From the NCBI GenBank assembly GCA_024229615.1, contig JAAESG010000620.1, positions 1 through 62,371 on the forward strand: a stretch of DNA of 62,371 nt. The letters run 5' to 3'. The translations under genes were made by a program, and so were the position numbers. The notes below the pieces were generated by a model, which had not been told where the DNA came from, did no database searches, and was given only the letters and a program-made list of their open reading frames with translations. The DNA comes from Gammaproteobacteria bacterium (GTDB taxonomy: Bacteria > Pseudomonadota > Gammaproteobacteria > GCA-001735895). This document shows positions 1 through 7,466 of this stretch, piece by piece. Position 1 is the stretch's first letter. Every line of letters begins with the position of its first letter.

Positions 1-9
1 TTCACGAAA
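1..9. repeat. Terminal overlap TTCACGAAA, also at 62363-62371 (circular assembly)
   Basis: Identical 9-mers at both ends; merging them restores one continuous 270-aa ORF. Confidence 0.85.
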
Positions 10-275
10 TCGCTCACATCGTTCTAGGCCACACGAGCACGGGCGAGCAAGTTGACGGCAAGGACATTCCCCGGAACATCGCTGAAGTTGAGGCCGAAGC
101 GGTTGCGCTCATCCTGCTAGAAACCTTGGAGCTTGAAGGCTCCGAGTTTTGCCGAGGCTACATCCAGAACTGGCTCAAAGACGGCGAAACCATACCCGAA
201 ACCAACGCGGCGCGAATCTTCAGCGCGGCGAGTTCGATACTTTCTGCAGGCACCGACAAAAAAGGGAGGGATTAA
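1..275 (+). CDS. ardC: C-terminal part of ArdC-like antirestriction protein (zincin domain); continues from 61825 across the circular junction
   Basis: Frame starting at nt 3 reads HEIAHIVLGH...EVEAEAVA...GYIQNWL...GRD* (HExxH, ExxAE, YIxxW motifs), in frame with the ORF at the window end. Confidence 0.8.
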   Translation, partial: HEIAHIVLGHTSTGEQVDGKDIPRNIAEVEAEAVALILLETLELEGSEFCRGYIQNWLKDGETIPETNAARIFSAASSILSAGTDKKGRD

Positions 276-276
276 A

Positions 277-678
277 ATGGATAACAACAAAGCGACTTAC
301 ATCCTTCAGAACTTCGAATTCAGTTTCACCGATGCAGACGTTTGCAATCTCGACGATTGGATACCTGCAGGCGAGTCGAACCCGCACAACGTTCGTCCCT
401 GGCTCATCCATGATGCCGGGTTTACGCAGGCTGTTGTCTTCGCCGATTGCGAGCAAGATGCGTTCGACATCGCAGCCGATGACGGCAAGCTCGAAGGTTT
501 CGAGATTGCAGAGGATGAGCTTTCCGAGGGCGGCGAATATTTCGAGGATGACGATTACAACCGCCTCTCGTTTCTCGGCAACCATGGCGTTCCCCACGAC
601 ATTGAACCGCTCGGGCTCGTCGAGCTTCCGAATCCCAAATCGAGCTTCGTTGCTCAGTTCAACAAGGAGGGAAAGTAA
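277..678 (+). CDS. Acidic hypothetical early protein
   Basis: ATG after GGGAGGG SD; tightly packed with neighbours. Confidence 0.7.
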   Translation: MDNNKATYILQNFEFSFTDADVCNLDDWIPAGESNPHNVRPWLIHDAGFTQAVVFADCEQDAFDIAADDGKLEGFEIAEDELSEGGEYFEDDDYNRLSFLGNHGVPHDIEPLGLVELPNPKSSFVAQFNKEGK

Positions 679-679
679 T

Positions 680-1126
680 ATGACCTACAAACCAAAACTT
701 CAATATTGGGACATTGCGCAAGTTACTGTCTCGAAAATTTACGGCGCGCGCTCGAATCTCTACAGACGCCAGGCGCTTGAAGAGGCTTACCTCGCAATAA
801 GTAAAGCTGAAACCAGAATCAGGTTTAGCTCTGAAGGTGGGCTAAACCTCAAAGAGGCTATAGGAGAGCTACTCAACCACGTTACGGAGAGTGCCAGGGA
901 AACGGGCGGGCTCATCGTTCTATTGAATGCCATCAACGAGCACCTTCATTATCTCGGAACCCGCGAGCGAACCGAGCTTGAAAGGTGGGAAGCGGTTGAA
1001 GACGCCATAGGAAAAGGCAAGCTCGACTTGAGCGCAACCGGATATGTTCGACTCTGGAGCGCGGTTCGAGCGCATCAACTCTCGCTGGTTGCGCGCGCAA
1101 TCACCGCAGATACAGGAGGGAAGTAA
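680..1126 (+). CDS. Hypothetical protein
   Basis: MTYKPK start after AAGGAGG SD. Confidence 0.65.
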   Translation: MTYKPKLQYWDIAQVTVSKIYGARSNLYRRQALEEAYLAISKAETRIRFSSEGGLNLKEAIGELLNHVTESARETGGLIVLLNAINEHLHYLGTRERTELERWEAVEDAIGKGKLDLSATGYVRLWSAVRAHQLSLVARAITADTGGK

Positions 1127-1127
1127 G

Positions 1128-1469
1128 ATGCTCGTTATCAGAACAGCAAACCGCGATGTTCCCTTGAAGGCATACGTTCAAGCATGGAAGCAAGTTCTTG
1201 CCGAATCGAGCGAGGTTGAGTACAGCGAAGGCTTGACCGGTTACTGGTCGGTGTCGCGCGATGAAGTCTTGAGTCAATTCCGCGCTGGACTACATGACCG
1301 AATCAACCGGCACATTCCGGGTTATGGTGTCGGGCGCAAGTGGGATTCCGATTGGCAACGATGCATCGCGAACGTAGCGCGACAACTCAACACACCGAGA
1401 TTAATCATTCATTGGTTGCCGAAGGAATTGAAAGAACGGTTCGCACATCGCCTTTGGGAAGGTGAGTAA
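1128..1469 (+). CDS. Hypothetical protein
   Basis: MLVIRT start after AGGAGGG SD. Confidence 0.7.
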   Translation: MLVIRTANRDVPLKAYVQAWKQVLAESSEVEYSEGLTGYWSVSRDEVLSQFRAGLHDRINRHIPGYGVGRKWDSDWQRCIANVARQLNTPRLIIHWLPKELKERFAHRLWEGE

Positions 1470-1471
1470 AA

Positions 1472-1615
1472 ATGGATAACTGCAATCATCCTCCGCACAG
1501 ACTCTATGCATGGTTCGCGAGCGATGGTGTCTTGTGCGTTGGTTGCTGCGAATGCGGCGCGGTTCTCAAGGGTGCCGCACAGGAAGGAGAGCAAAATGAA
1601 AAAACAACGAGCTAG
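1472..1615 (+). CDS. 47-aa Cys/His-rich protein (not in the ORF track)
   Basis: MDNCNHPPHRLYAWFASDGVLCVGCCECGAVLKG..., fills the gap between genes. Confidence 0.55.
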   Translation: MDNCNHPPHRLYAWFASDGVLCVGCCECGAVLKGAAQEGEQNEKTTS

Positions 1616-1958
1616 TTGGTGGGTTACTTGCTTAACGGCAAAGGTCGCGCTCGCGCATGACCGGCGAGTATACAAGGTTGCGGATGATGTCGGGCTCGGG
1701 TGGACGCCTTACCGCTTTCGAGTCGAGCATGGTGCGATTGCGCAAACTGCATTCCACACGATTGAAGAGCTTCGGCGATGGCTCGACCGAGAAGGGTTCG
1801 AGATCGAGCGCGTCTCTTCAAATTATATCGGATGCCGAACGCTTTGGTTGAAACAGCGTTTCGAATGCGCCGATTGCGGCAAGCCGTCCGACCCGAAACA
1901 CCTATGCAGAGCGCAGGCTCGCGCGAACCGCAGGGAGGATTCATGCCAGTCAAAATAG
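1596..1958 (+). CDS. Hypothetical protein with C-terminal CxxC...HxC
   Basis: AAGGAG SD, MKKQRASWW start. Confidence 0.6.
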   Translation: MKKQRASWWVTCLTAKVALAHDRRVYKVADDVGLGWTPYRFRVEHGAIAQTAFHTIEELRRWLDREGFEIERVSSNYIGCRTLWLKQRFECADCGKPSDPKHLCRAQARANRREDSCQSK

Positions 1959-2179
1959 AAGAAACTGAAAGAAGGATAATCATACATTACTGGCCGAACT
2001 GGTCAACAGAGGAAAAAGCATCAAGGAACATCGTTTGCCCGAAGTGCGGTTTCTTGATTCGCTCGATGAAACCAGAAGAGGATGAGTTCGAGCTTGAGCG
2101 ACACTTGCAAAGGTGCTCTAGCGGGATTCAATCGGCGAACAAAAAAGACTTTTTCAAAAAGGAGAGGGGAAAAGTATGA
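1943..2179 (+). CDS. Small zinc-finger protein
   Basis: GGAGG SD; CPKC...HLQRC. Confidence 0.6.
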   Translation: MPVKIEETERRIIIHYWPNWSTEEKASRNIVCPKCGFLIRSMKPEEDEFELERHLQRCSSGIQSANKKDFFKKERGKV

Positions 2180-2493
2180 TTCGATATTCCAAGCTAACAA
2201 ACGAACAGCAAGACAAAATCATCGAGCGCTATAAGCTCGCCATCGCAATCGGCGCGACCGATGTGAACCACGCGGCAGCAATAGCTGCGCATGATGTCCT
2301 TGCGTGGAAAGGCCGAAAGTGCAAGCGGGTCGAGAGCCAGTTCAACGACACTCGCCACGCGCCAGGTGCTTGCCCGAAGTGCGACCACGAAGCCGACGCC
2401 TATGCAGCGGCGCTCGCGGTAATCGTTCACAACGGTTACGCTGAAGTATCGCCTTCACAGAGCGAAAAGGTCTACGCCCGCGAAGCGGGCTAA
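2176..2493 (+). CDS. Hypothetical protein
   Basis: ATGA overlap with upstream stop; CPKC motif. Confidence 0.6.
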   Translation: MIRYSKLTNEQQDKIIERYKLAIAIGATDVNHAAAIAAHDVLAWKGRKCKRVESQFNDTRHAPGACPKCDHEADAYAAALAVIVHNGYAEVSPSQSEKVYAREAG

Positions 2494-2507
2494 ACAAAGG
2501 AGGTTCC

Positions 2508-2867
2508 ATGAAACACTACACCCCACACGGACATTTCTTTCACGGCGAGAACGCCTCGATCTTGGTGGTCGATTCCGAAACCGGCAAGACTCGCAAGCTC
2601 GGCTTTGCGGGCGGCAAGGCTCGACATTCCCCGGATGGTTTCTCCTGGGGGTACGCGGGGAGCGGACCCGCCGAGCTTGCACGCGCCATCATTGCAGACG
2701 TTAGCAATGATCCCGATCCACATCCGGCGCTCTACCAGGCATTCAAGAACGAATTTCTTGGAGCCTCGACCTTGGACCAGAATTCAACAAGCTGGTCTAT
2801 CTCCGAGGATGTGATCCTGCAATGGCTCAAGGATCGGCGCGAGAAATATTTCAAAGGAGGGAAGTAA
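2508..2867 (+). CDS. DUF6166-like protein
   Basis: RHSPDGFSWGYAGSGPAELARAI motif typical of the family; AAGGAGG SD. Confidence 0.7.
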   Translation: MKHYTPHGHFFHGENASILVVDSETGKTRKLGFAGGKARHSPDGFSWGYAGSGPAELARAIIADVSNDPDPHPALYQAFKNEFLGASTLDQNSTSWSISEDVILQWLKDRREKYFKGGK

Positions 2868-2868
2868 C

Positions 2869-3189
2869 ATGAACGATTGGACGTGCTCAAATTGCCGCAA
2901 GGTGCCGAAGGTAATGCACTCGATCAACCCGAACATCTGCGCCGCGTGCTACGACGCAAGCGAGCCAGGACCGGCACCAACCTACAACAGCGGAGATCGT
3001 GTTACCACGCCCGATGGTGCTGGCGTGGTTCTCTTCGTTGCTCTCGGTAAGGATCACAAAAGCGAGAAGGCGAATGCGCGCAACAGCGCAGTGTGCGTCA
3101 AGCTCGACGGGAAGAAGTCGAAAGGGTACAACGGGACGCTTTTCCTTGCCGAATTGGTTCAATCTTGTCCAAAATCGAAGCGTCGGTGA
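2869..3189 (+). CDS. Hypothetical protein (N-terminal CxxC pair, SH3-like C-terminus)
   Basis: SD; CSNC...CAAC, GDRVTTPDGAGVV. Confidence 0.6.
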   Translation: MNDWTCSNCRKVPKVMHSINPNICAACYDASEPGPAPTYNSGDRVTTPDGAGVVLFVALGKDHKSEKANARNSAVCVKLDGKKSKGYNGTLFLAELVQSCPKSKRR

Positions 3190-3195
3190 AAGGGG

Positions 3196-3224
3196 TTGAC
3201 AAGTTGATACATATAGTATTTAAT
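3196..3224 (+). promoter_or_regulatory. Sigma70-type promoter upstream of the Cro-like gene
   Basis: TTGACA-17 nt-TTTAAT in an AT-rich intergenic gap. Confidence 0.55.
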
Positions 3225-3230
3225 GAGGAT

Positions 3231-3455
3231 ATGATGGCAAAACAAAAGACACTCGGAGACGTAAACAGTATGAGGGCCAGGGAGATCAAAAAGCGCCGCG
3301 TTGCTGCAGGAATGAACCAGCGCGAGCTTGCCGATGCTGTCGGCGTCTCTCAGCCAACGGTTTGCCGATGGGAGCAAGGGTTGCAACCGATACCGCCTTA
3401 TGCGGCGAAGTTAATCACCATTGTTACGGCGGAGATTCCAGCGAAGTCGGCATAA
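3231..3455 (+). CDS. Cro/XRE-family HTH regulator
   Basis: IKKRRVAAGMNQRELADAVGVSQPTVCRWEQG classic XRE HTH. Confidence 0.9.
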   Translation: MMAKQKTLGDVNSMRAREIKKRRVAAGMNQRELADAVGVSQPTVCRWEQGLQPIPPYAAKLITIVTAEIPAKSA

Positions 3456-3496
3456 AAAAAAAGCGCGGCCTTGGATGCCGTAGTCCAAAACCGCGC
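3454..3496. terminator. Stem-loop preceded by an A tract (minus-strand terminator or RNA structure)
   Basis: A tract then GCGCGG..TTGGA...TCCAA..CCGCGC inverted repeat. Confidence 0.45.
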
Positions 3497-3519
3497 CTCT
3501 GACAGAAGGAGGTAAGCAC

Positions 3520-3747
3520 GTGACATCTGAAAGCATAACTCCTAAACTCATCCTAGTCAAAGATGGGGAGCCGGATCAATTTTGGGTGAAGTGTAAACAT
3601 CCAAAATGCCTTTGGCTGAAGATAGCTTCCTCCGCAAAGAGCGGGCGCACCAAAGCGTTCGCGCACATCGCAACACACCTAACTCACACGGTTGAGTTAC
3701 ACACTATCCAAACGGAGGTATTACATGCCAAAAACTACAGAAGTTGA
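3520..3747 (+). CDS. Small C2H2-like protein
   Basis: AAGGAGG SD, GTG start; CKHPKC...HIATH. Confidence 0.55.
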   Translation: MTSESITPKLILVKDGEPDQFWVKCKHPKCLWLKIASSAKSGRTKAFAHIATHLTHTVELHTIQTEVLHAKNYRS

Positions 3748-4561
3748 ATTCACGGTCGAGGATCGAGACAAAGAAATCGAAAGGCTCGATCAACTGGTTC
3801 TTTCATTGGATGGCTTCTCGATCCCCGCTATCGCTCTCGAACAATCGCTCGAAGAGTGCCGATCCTTGAATGACAAGCTCGGGCTGGTCAGGGTCGAGGC
3901 GCTCAAGATCGATTCCCCTGCGCTCTATACCGACTACGGTTCGTTCTTTCGACGTATCAAGGACATCGAGAAAAAGATCGAAGAGCAACGGATAAAGGAT
4001 AAGGCGGGGCCGCTCGAAGAGGGACGAAGGATTGACGCGAAGTATGGCGGGTTCAAAGATTTCGCGAAGCGGTTGCGGACGGTTTTTGATTACGCTATGA
4101 ACATTTGGGATCGAGAGCAAAAAAGAATACAGCGCGAAGAGGAAGTTCGACTCCGCGAGAAGGCGCGGAAGGAGCAAGAGAAGCTCGACCTACGCGCCGA
4201 AAAGAAAGCGGCCAAGCTCGAAGACGAAGGCAAAACCGACGAAGCTGATGCAGTGCGCGAAGCGGTTCCGATTGTCCCTACTCCGACCGTTGCGCCAGCC
4301 GACATTCCAAAAGTTGCAGGCGTCACCAAAGTCAAGCGATGGAAGGCGGAGATTACCGCCGAGGCTCTCGACAAACAAGAAAAACTCCTCATCGAGATGA
4401 TTAAAAGCTGGAACGCTTGGCCGAAGAATCGAGGCAAAGAAATTATCCCTGGCGAGTTCTGGAGCCTCGATGTCAAAGCGATCAACGCGATGGCTCGCTC
4501 GCTAAAGGGAAAGCTCGAACTTCCCGATGTTGATGTCTTCGACGCCGACACGCGGCATTGA
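3725..4561 (+). CDS. Coiled-coil phage protein
   Basis: GGAGG SD; long E/K/R-rich helix then KVAGVTKVKRWKAEI. Confidence 0.7.
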   Translation: MPKTTEVEFTVEDRDKEIERLDQLVLSLDGFSIPAIALEQSLEECRSLNDKLGLVRVEALKIDSPALYTDYGSFFRRIKDIEKKIEEQRIKDKAGPLEEGRRIDAKYGGFKDFAKRLRTVFDYAMNIWDREQKRIQREEEVRLREKARKEQEKLDLRAEKKAAKLEDEGKTDEADAVREAVPIVPTPTVAPADIPKVAGVTKVKRWKAEITAEALDKQEKLLIEMIKSWNAWPKNRGKEIIPGEFWSLDVKAINAMARSLKGKLELPDVDVFDADTRH

Positions 4562-4564
4562 GCC

Positions 4565-4864
4565 ATGGCACACAAAATAAGGATTCTGGCTCGGACGGGG
4601 GGCTTCTGTCTTTACGAAGAGATGCTCTTCATTGATTTTACTTACAATTATCGAGAGCTTGCATCTTCTGAGCTTGGGCCGGAAGGCTTGAGAAAGCTAC
4701 GGTCGGAAGATGCTTTTTCCTCTCTCGCCAAAGAAGTTCATCGCGCGGGGCTTTGCTTCAATCAAGACTTGCGATTCGTTCGAGAAACTTTGCCGAAGCA
4801 AAGAGGCTCTGATGTGAATACGGAGCGATGGAGCGTTTTTGTGTTCGTTAAGTGGGAGCCATAA
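4565..4864 (+). CDS. Hypothetical protein
   Basis: ORF packed within the operon. Confidence 0.5.
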   Translation: MAHKIRILARTGGFCLYEEMLFIDFTYNYRELASSELGPEGLRKLRSEDAFSSLAKEVHRAGLCFNQDLRFVRETLPKQRGSDVNTERWSVFVFVKWEP

Positions 4865-4867
4865 AAA

Positions 4868-5260
4868 ATGGCTTGCGATTGGATGCTTTGTGATAATCCG
4901 GTTGTCGCTGGAGAGCTTTATTGCATCGTTCACCTTCCGGATATTCTGAGAACGAGATGGGTTGAGCCAAACGAACGCGAACGGGAACGGCTCTATATCC
5001 TCATCGAAGAGTTGAACGAAGCGGGGCAAATTTTCAGCCGAGCACAACATATCGCTATGAAAGTGCTTCGCTTCGGTTTCGATGAGGTTTACCCGAAAAC
5101 AGAAACCGACAATCGCGCTCGACTTGAAGAGGAGCTAGGCGACGTTGCTGCGATGATCGAGATTATGGTTCTCGCTGGCGATGTCAGCGCGACGAACATA
5201 GTTCTTGCACGCAAAGCGAAGTTCGAAAAACTCAAACGCTTTATGAGAAATAAGCCGTGA
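4868..5260 (+). CDS. MazG-like nucleotide pyrophosphohydrolase
   Basis: LIEELNEAGQ...KVLRFG...LEEELGDVAAMI (EExxE / EExxD motifs). Confidence 0.7.
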   Translation: MACDWMLCDNPVVAGELYCIVHLPDILRTRWVEPNERERERLYILIEELNEAGQIFSRAQHIAMKVLRFGFDEVYPKTETDNRARLEEELGDVAAMIEIMVLAGDVSATNIVLARKAKFEKLKRFMRNKP

Positions 5261-5289
5261 AGTGAAAACCATAAGGAGGTTAAAAGCAC

Positions 5290-5889
5290 ATGGCGATTAA
5301 AGAAATAAAATTCAAGTTCAACGGTACAAGACCGTTGATGATTCAATCCGAGCGGACTGCCAATCCGCTCGACCCTATCACAAAAGGAATCAAGAAGTAT
5401 ACGAGCAAGCCAGCGAGTCAAAAAACGGACGCGGATCATCTTGCGGTTATGCGTCTTGAGTTCGAGGCTGCTTTTTACGTTGGCGCTCCCGATAATCTAG
5501 GGCCATGTATTCCTGGCCTTAACGTTGAAGCGTGCATCCGAGACGGGGCGAAGTCTCAACGCAAAGGTGCGACGATAACACGAGCGCTTAACGTTGCCGA
5601 AGAGTGGATTGCCGTACAGTACAAAGGACCGCGAACCATTGCGGAGCTTTGGGCGCAACCGGACAAGTTTGTTGACTATCGCGGCGTCAAGCCTACCAGC
5701 AAAGCTAAGGTTATGCGGTGCCGTCCTGTTTTTCATGGATGGTCCCTCGTTGCGACTGTTGAATTCGAAGACGAAATGATTAATCGAAAGCAGTTGATCG
5801 AATACGTAAAGTATGCCGGGAAATATGTCAGTGTCGGAACGTATCGTCCTACGTTCGGGCGCTTTTCTGTAAGCGTTTTAAAGAAATGA
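5290..5889 (+). CDS. Stand-alone Cas7/RAMP-like protein (candidate RNA-guided effector)
   Basis: N-terminal strand EIKFKFNGTRPLMIQ; PCIPGLNVEACIRDGA (cf. RAMP PxIPGSSxKGxxR); C-terminal G-rich loop AGKYVSVGTYRPTFGRFSV; AAGGAGG SD. Confidence 0.7.
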   Translation: MAIKEIKFKFNGTRPLMIQSERTANPLDPITKGIKKYTSKPASQKTDADHLAVMRLEFEAAFYVGAPDNLGPCIPGLNVEACIRDGAKSQRKGATITRALNVAEEWIAVQYKGPRTIAELWAQPDKFVDYRGVKPTSKAKVMRCRPVFHGWSLVATVEFEDEMINRKQLIEYVKYAGKYVSVGTYRPTFGRFSVSVLKK

Positions 5890-5893
5890 TTTC

Positions 5894-6315
5894 TGCGAGG
5901 CGCGGCAAAGCTTGGTCAAGCCCGGTATGGTTTCGTTTTGCGACGCCATGCGTGGCAAGGCAAGGATTTTATCTAACCTTGAAAAAGGGATGATGAAGAA
6001 ACAAAGGCCAAAGGCAAGGCGATGCGACGCCGTGCGCATCTTCGCTTGGCATGGTGTGGTCGGGTTGAGCATAGCGTTAGTGTTGCAGCGCACGGCAAGG
6101 CAAGGATTTTATCTAACCTAAGCAAAAGGGATGATGAAAGCAAAAGGTCAAAGGCTCGGAGCGGCAGTGTCGAGCCATGTTAGGCATTGCAGCGCTGAGA
6201 ATTGCAGAGCAAGGACCAAAGGCTTTGCCGAGCCTGGCGAGGCGCAGCGCGGTCGAGCACACCATGGCGCAGCGCGGAAAGGTTTGGCGATGCAAAGCAA
6301 GGATTTCATCTAACC
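5894..6315 (+). ncRNA. Array of four 5-nt-periodic (NGY-NN)n tracts with conserved boundary motif; candidate guide-RNA array
   Basis: Tracts 5894-5968, 6013-6108, 6153-6217, 6221-6305; central G in 58/60 pentamers, pyrimidine after it in 57/60; GCAAGGATTTYATCTAACC at 5960-5978, 6100-6118, 6297-6315. Confidence 0.75.
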
Positions 6316-6334
6316 TTTGAAGGAGAAAATTGAA

Positions 6335-6865
6335 ATGAAAAAGTCAACGCTCAAGGAATTGGCAGATCGAGCCATCCTCCGCGCTGGAGGCAACAGCCAT
6401 CAAGCATTCACGGCTTTGTTGAAGCGTGTCACAAACAACGAATCGCTCAAGGATTTAGCGGTTCGCTTGGGAGTTTCCCAAATTATCAGGAACGCACAAA
6501 ACGACATGAGAACAGCGGCATCTTCCGAACAGCTTGCCGAGTTTCTTGAATCTACACCAACAGGCAAACCTGTTGCCGCCATCTCGCCGGAGGATTTCAA
6601 ATTGCTCGAAGGGCGCTTCCTGTATCCGCTTCACAAAAGCGGAACATACATCGGCCTTGCAACCGAAGAGCTAATCCTCGAATCGATTGCCGAGATTGAT
6701 CGAAACATGGAAGGGCTTGCCAGCGCAAAAGGGTTTCAGGATGCAGTCTTGCGGGAACTTAAAAGGAAACGCAAGAACAAAAAGCAACGACCCATCGATG
6801 TTATGTCGGAACACGAAATAAACGAGCTTTACACGAAGCACTGCAAACAAAAAAAGGTAGCGTAG
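6335..6865 (+). CDS. Hypothetical protein directly downstream of the array (possible accessory gene)
   Basis: AAGGAG SD, MKKSTLKEL start. Confidence 0.7.
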   Translation: MKKSTLKELADRAILRAGGNSHQAFTALLKRVTNNESLKDLAVRLGVSQIIRNAQNDMRTAASSEQLAEFLESTPTGKPVAAISPEDFKLLEGRFLYPLHKSGTYIGLATEELILESIAEIDRNMEGLASAKGFQDAVLRELKRKRKNKKQRPIDVMSEHEINELYTKHCKQKKVA

Positions 6866-6875
6866 GTAATTTTTT

Positions 6876-7466
6876 ATGGAACTTGATCAAAGATGGTATG
6901 AGCCAGGGAAGAAAAAGATCCAGCGGCGCAAGCGCATTGATGTATCGGAGCGCGGCCAAAGGATCGCGCTCGAAGCGGGGCGAATCAAGTATGAATCGAA
7001 TCGACGAAGAGGATTCAAACATACATTCGGCCTCGATGATTCGATAGCTCTGCGCATGGATCAAGTCGGTGCCTTGGGAAAGGTTGCGATATTCGAACAT
7101 CTCGGGCTTGATCCGTCTCCTGTTCTCATCGACCGCCCTCCGCATCGTTACAAAGATCCAGACATCGATCCGAAGGTATGGATTAGAAGCGCCGAAGGTA
7201 CCAACAAACGTCTGTACCTGCGCAAGGATGACGAGCCTAATTCGGATGGGCTTTTCATTTGGGCTCCGGTTATCTCGTTCGAAGAGGGAATCGTTTTTTT
7301 TACCGGATGGATTTATTGTCATGAAGGATTGAAGTCTTACTACTGGCAACAAGTTCGAGCGGATCGCGATCCTCAGTTTTACGTTCCCAATTCTTTCCCT
7401 CCCCTTCGCCCGTATTCGACATTCCGCGAAGCGTGGGGGCAAGACAAACAAGGAGCGCTGTTCTAA
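6876..7466 (+). CDS. Hypothetical protein, possibly restriction-endonuclease-like fold
   Basis: GALGKVA...DPDID...WIRS...FFTGWI pattern; fold is inference. Confidence 0.55.
   Translation: MELDQRWYEPGKKKIQRRKRIDVSERGQRIALEAGRIKYESNRRRGFKHTFGLDDSIALRMDQVGALGKVAIFEHLGLDPSPVLIDRPPHRYKDPDIDPKVWIRSAEGTNKRLYLRKDDEPNSDGLFIWAPVISFEEGIVFFTGWIYCHEGLKSYYWQQVRADRDPQFYVPNSFPPLRPYSTFREAWGQDKQGALF

Noticed and set aside
133-679. Extended N-termini of ORFs 133-678 and 149-1126
   Set aside because: They overlap the ArdC C-terminus; SD-supported starts are at 277 and 680
5894-6305. Simple degenerate microsatellite
   Set aside because: Variation is position-specific (GY fixed, NN free) and bounded by conserved motifs, unlike random decay
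5878-6313. ORFs 5912-6121, 6131-6313 (+) and 5878-6093, 6113-6295 (-) as proteins
   Set aside because: Their R/A/G/C-rich composition follows from the 5-nt period, which is not a codon-level pattern
5894-6315. Classical CRISPR array
   Set aside because: Inter-repeat segments are over 100 nt, unequal and internally 5-periodic; repeats are not palindromic; no adaptation genes recognised
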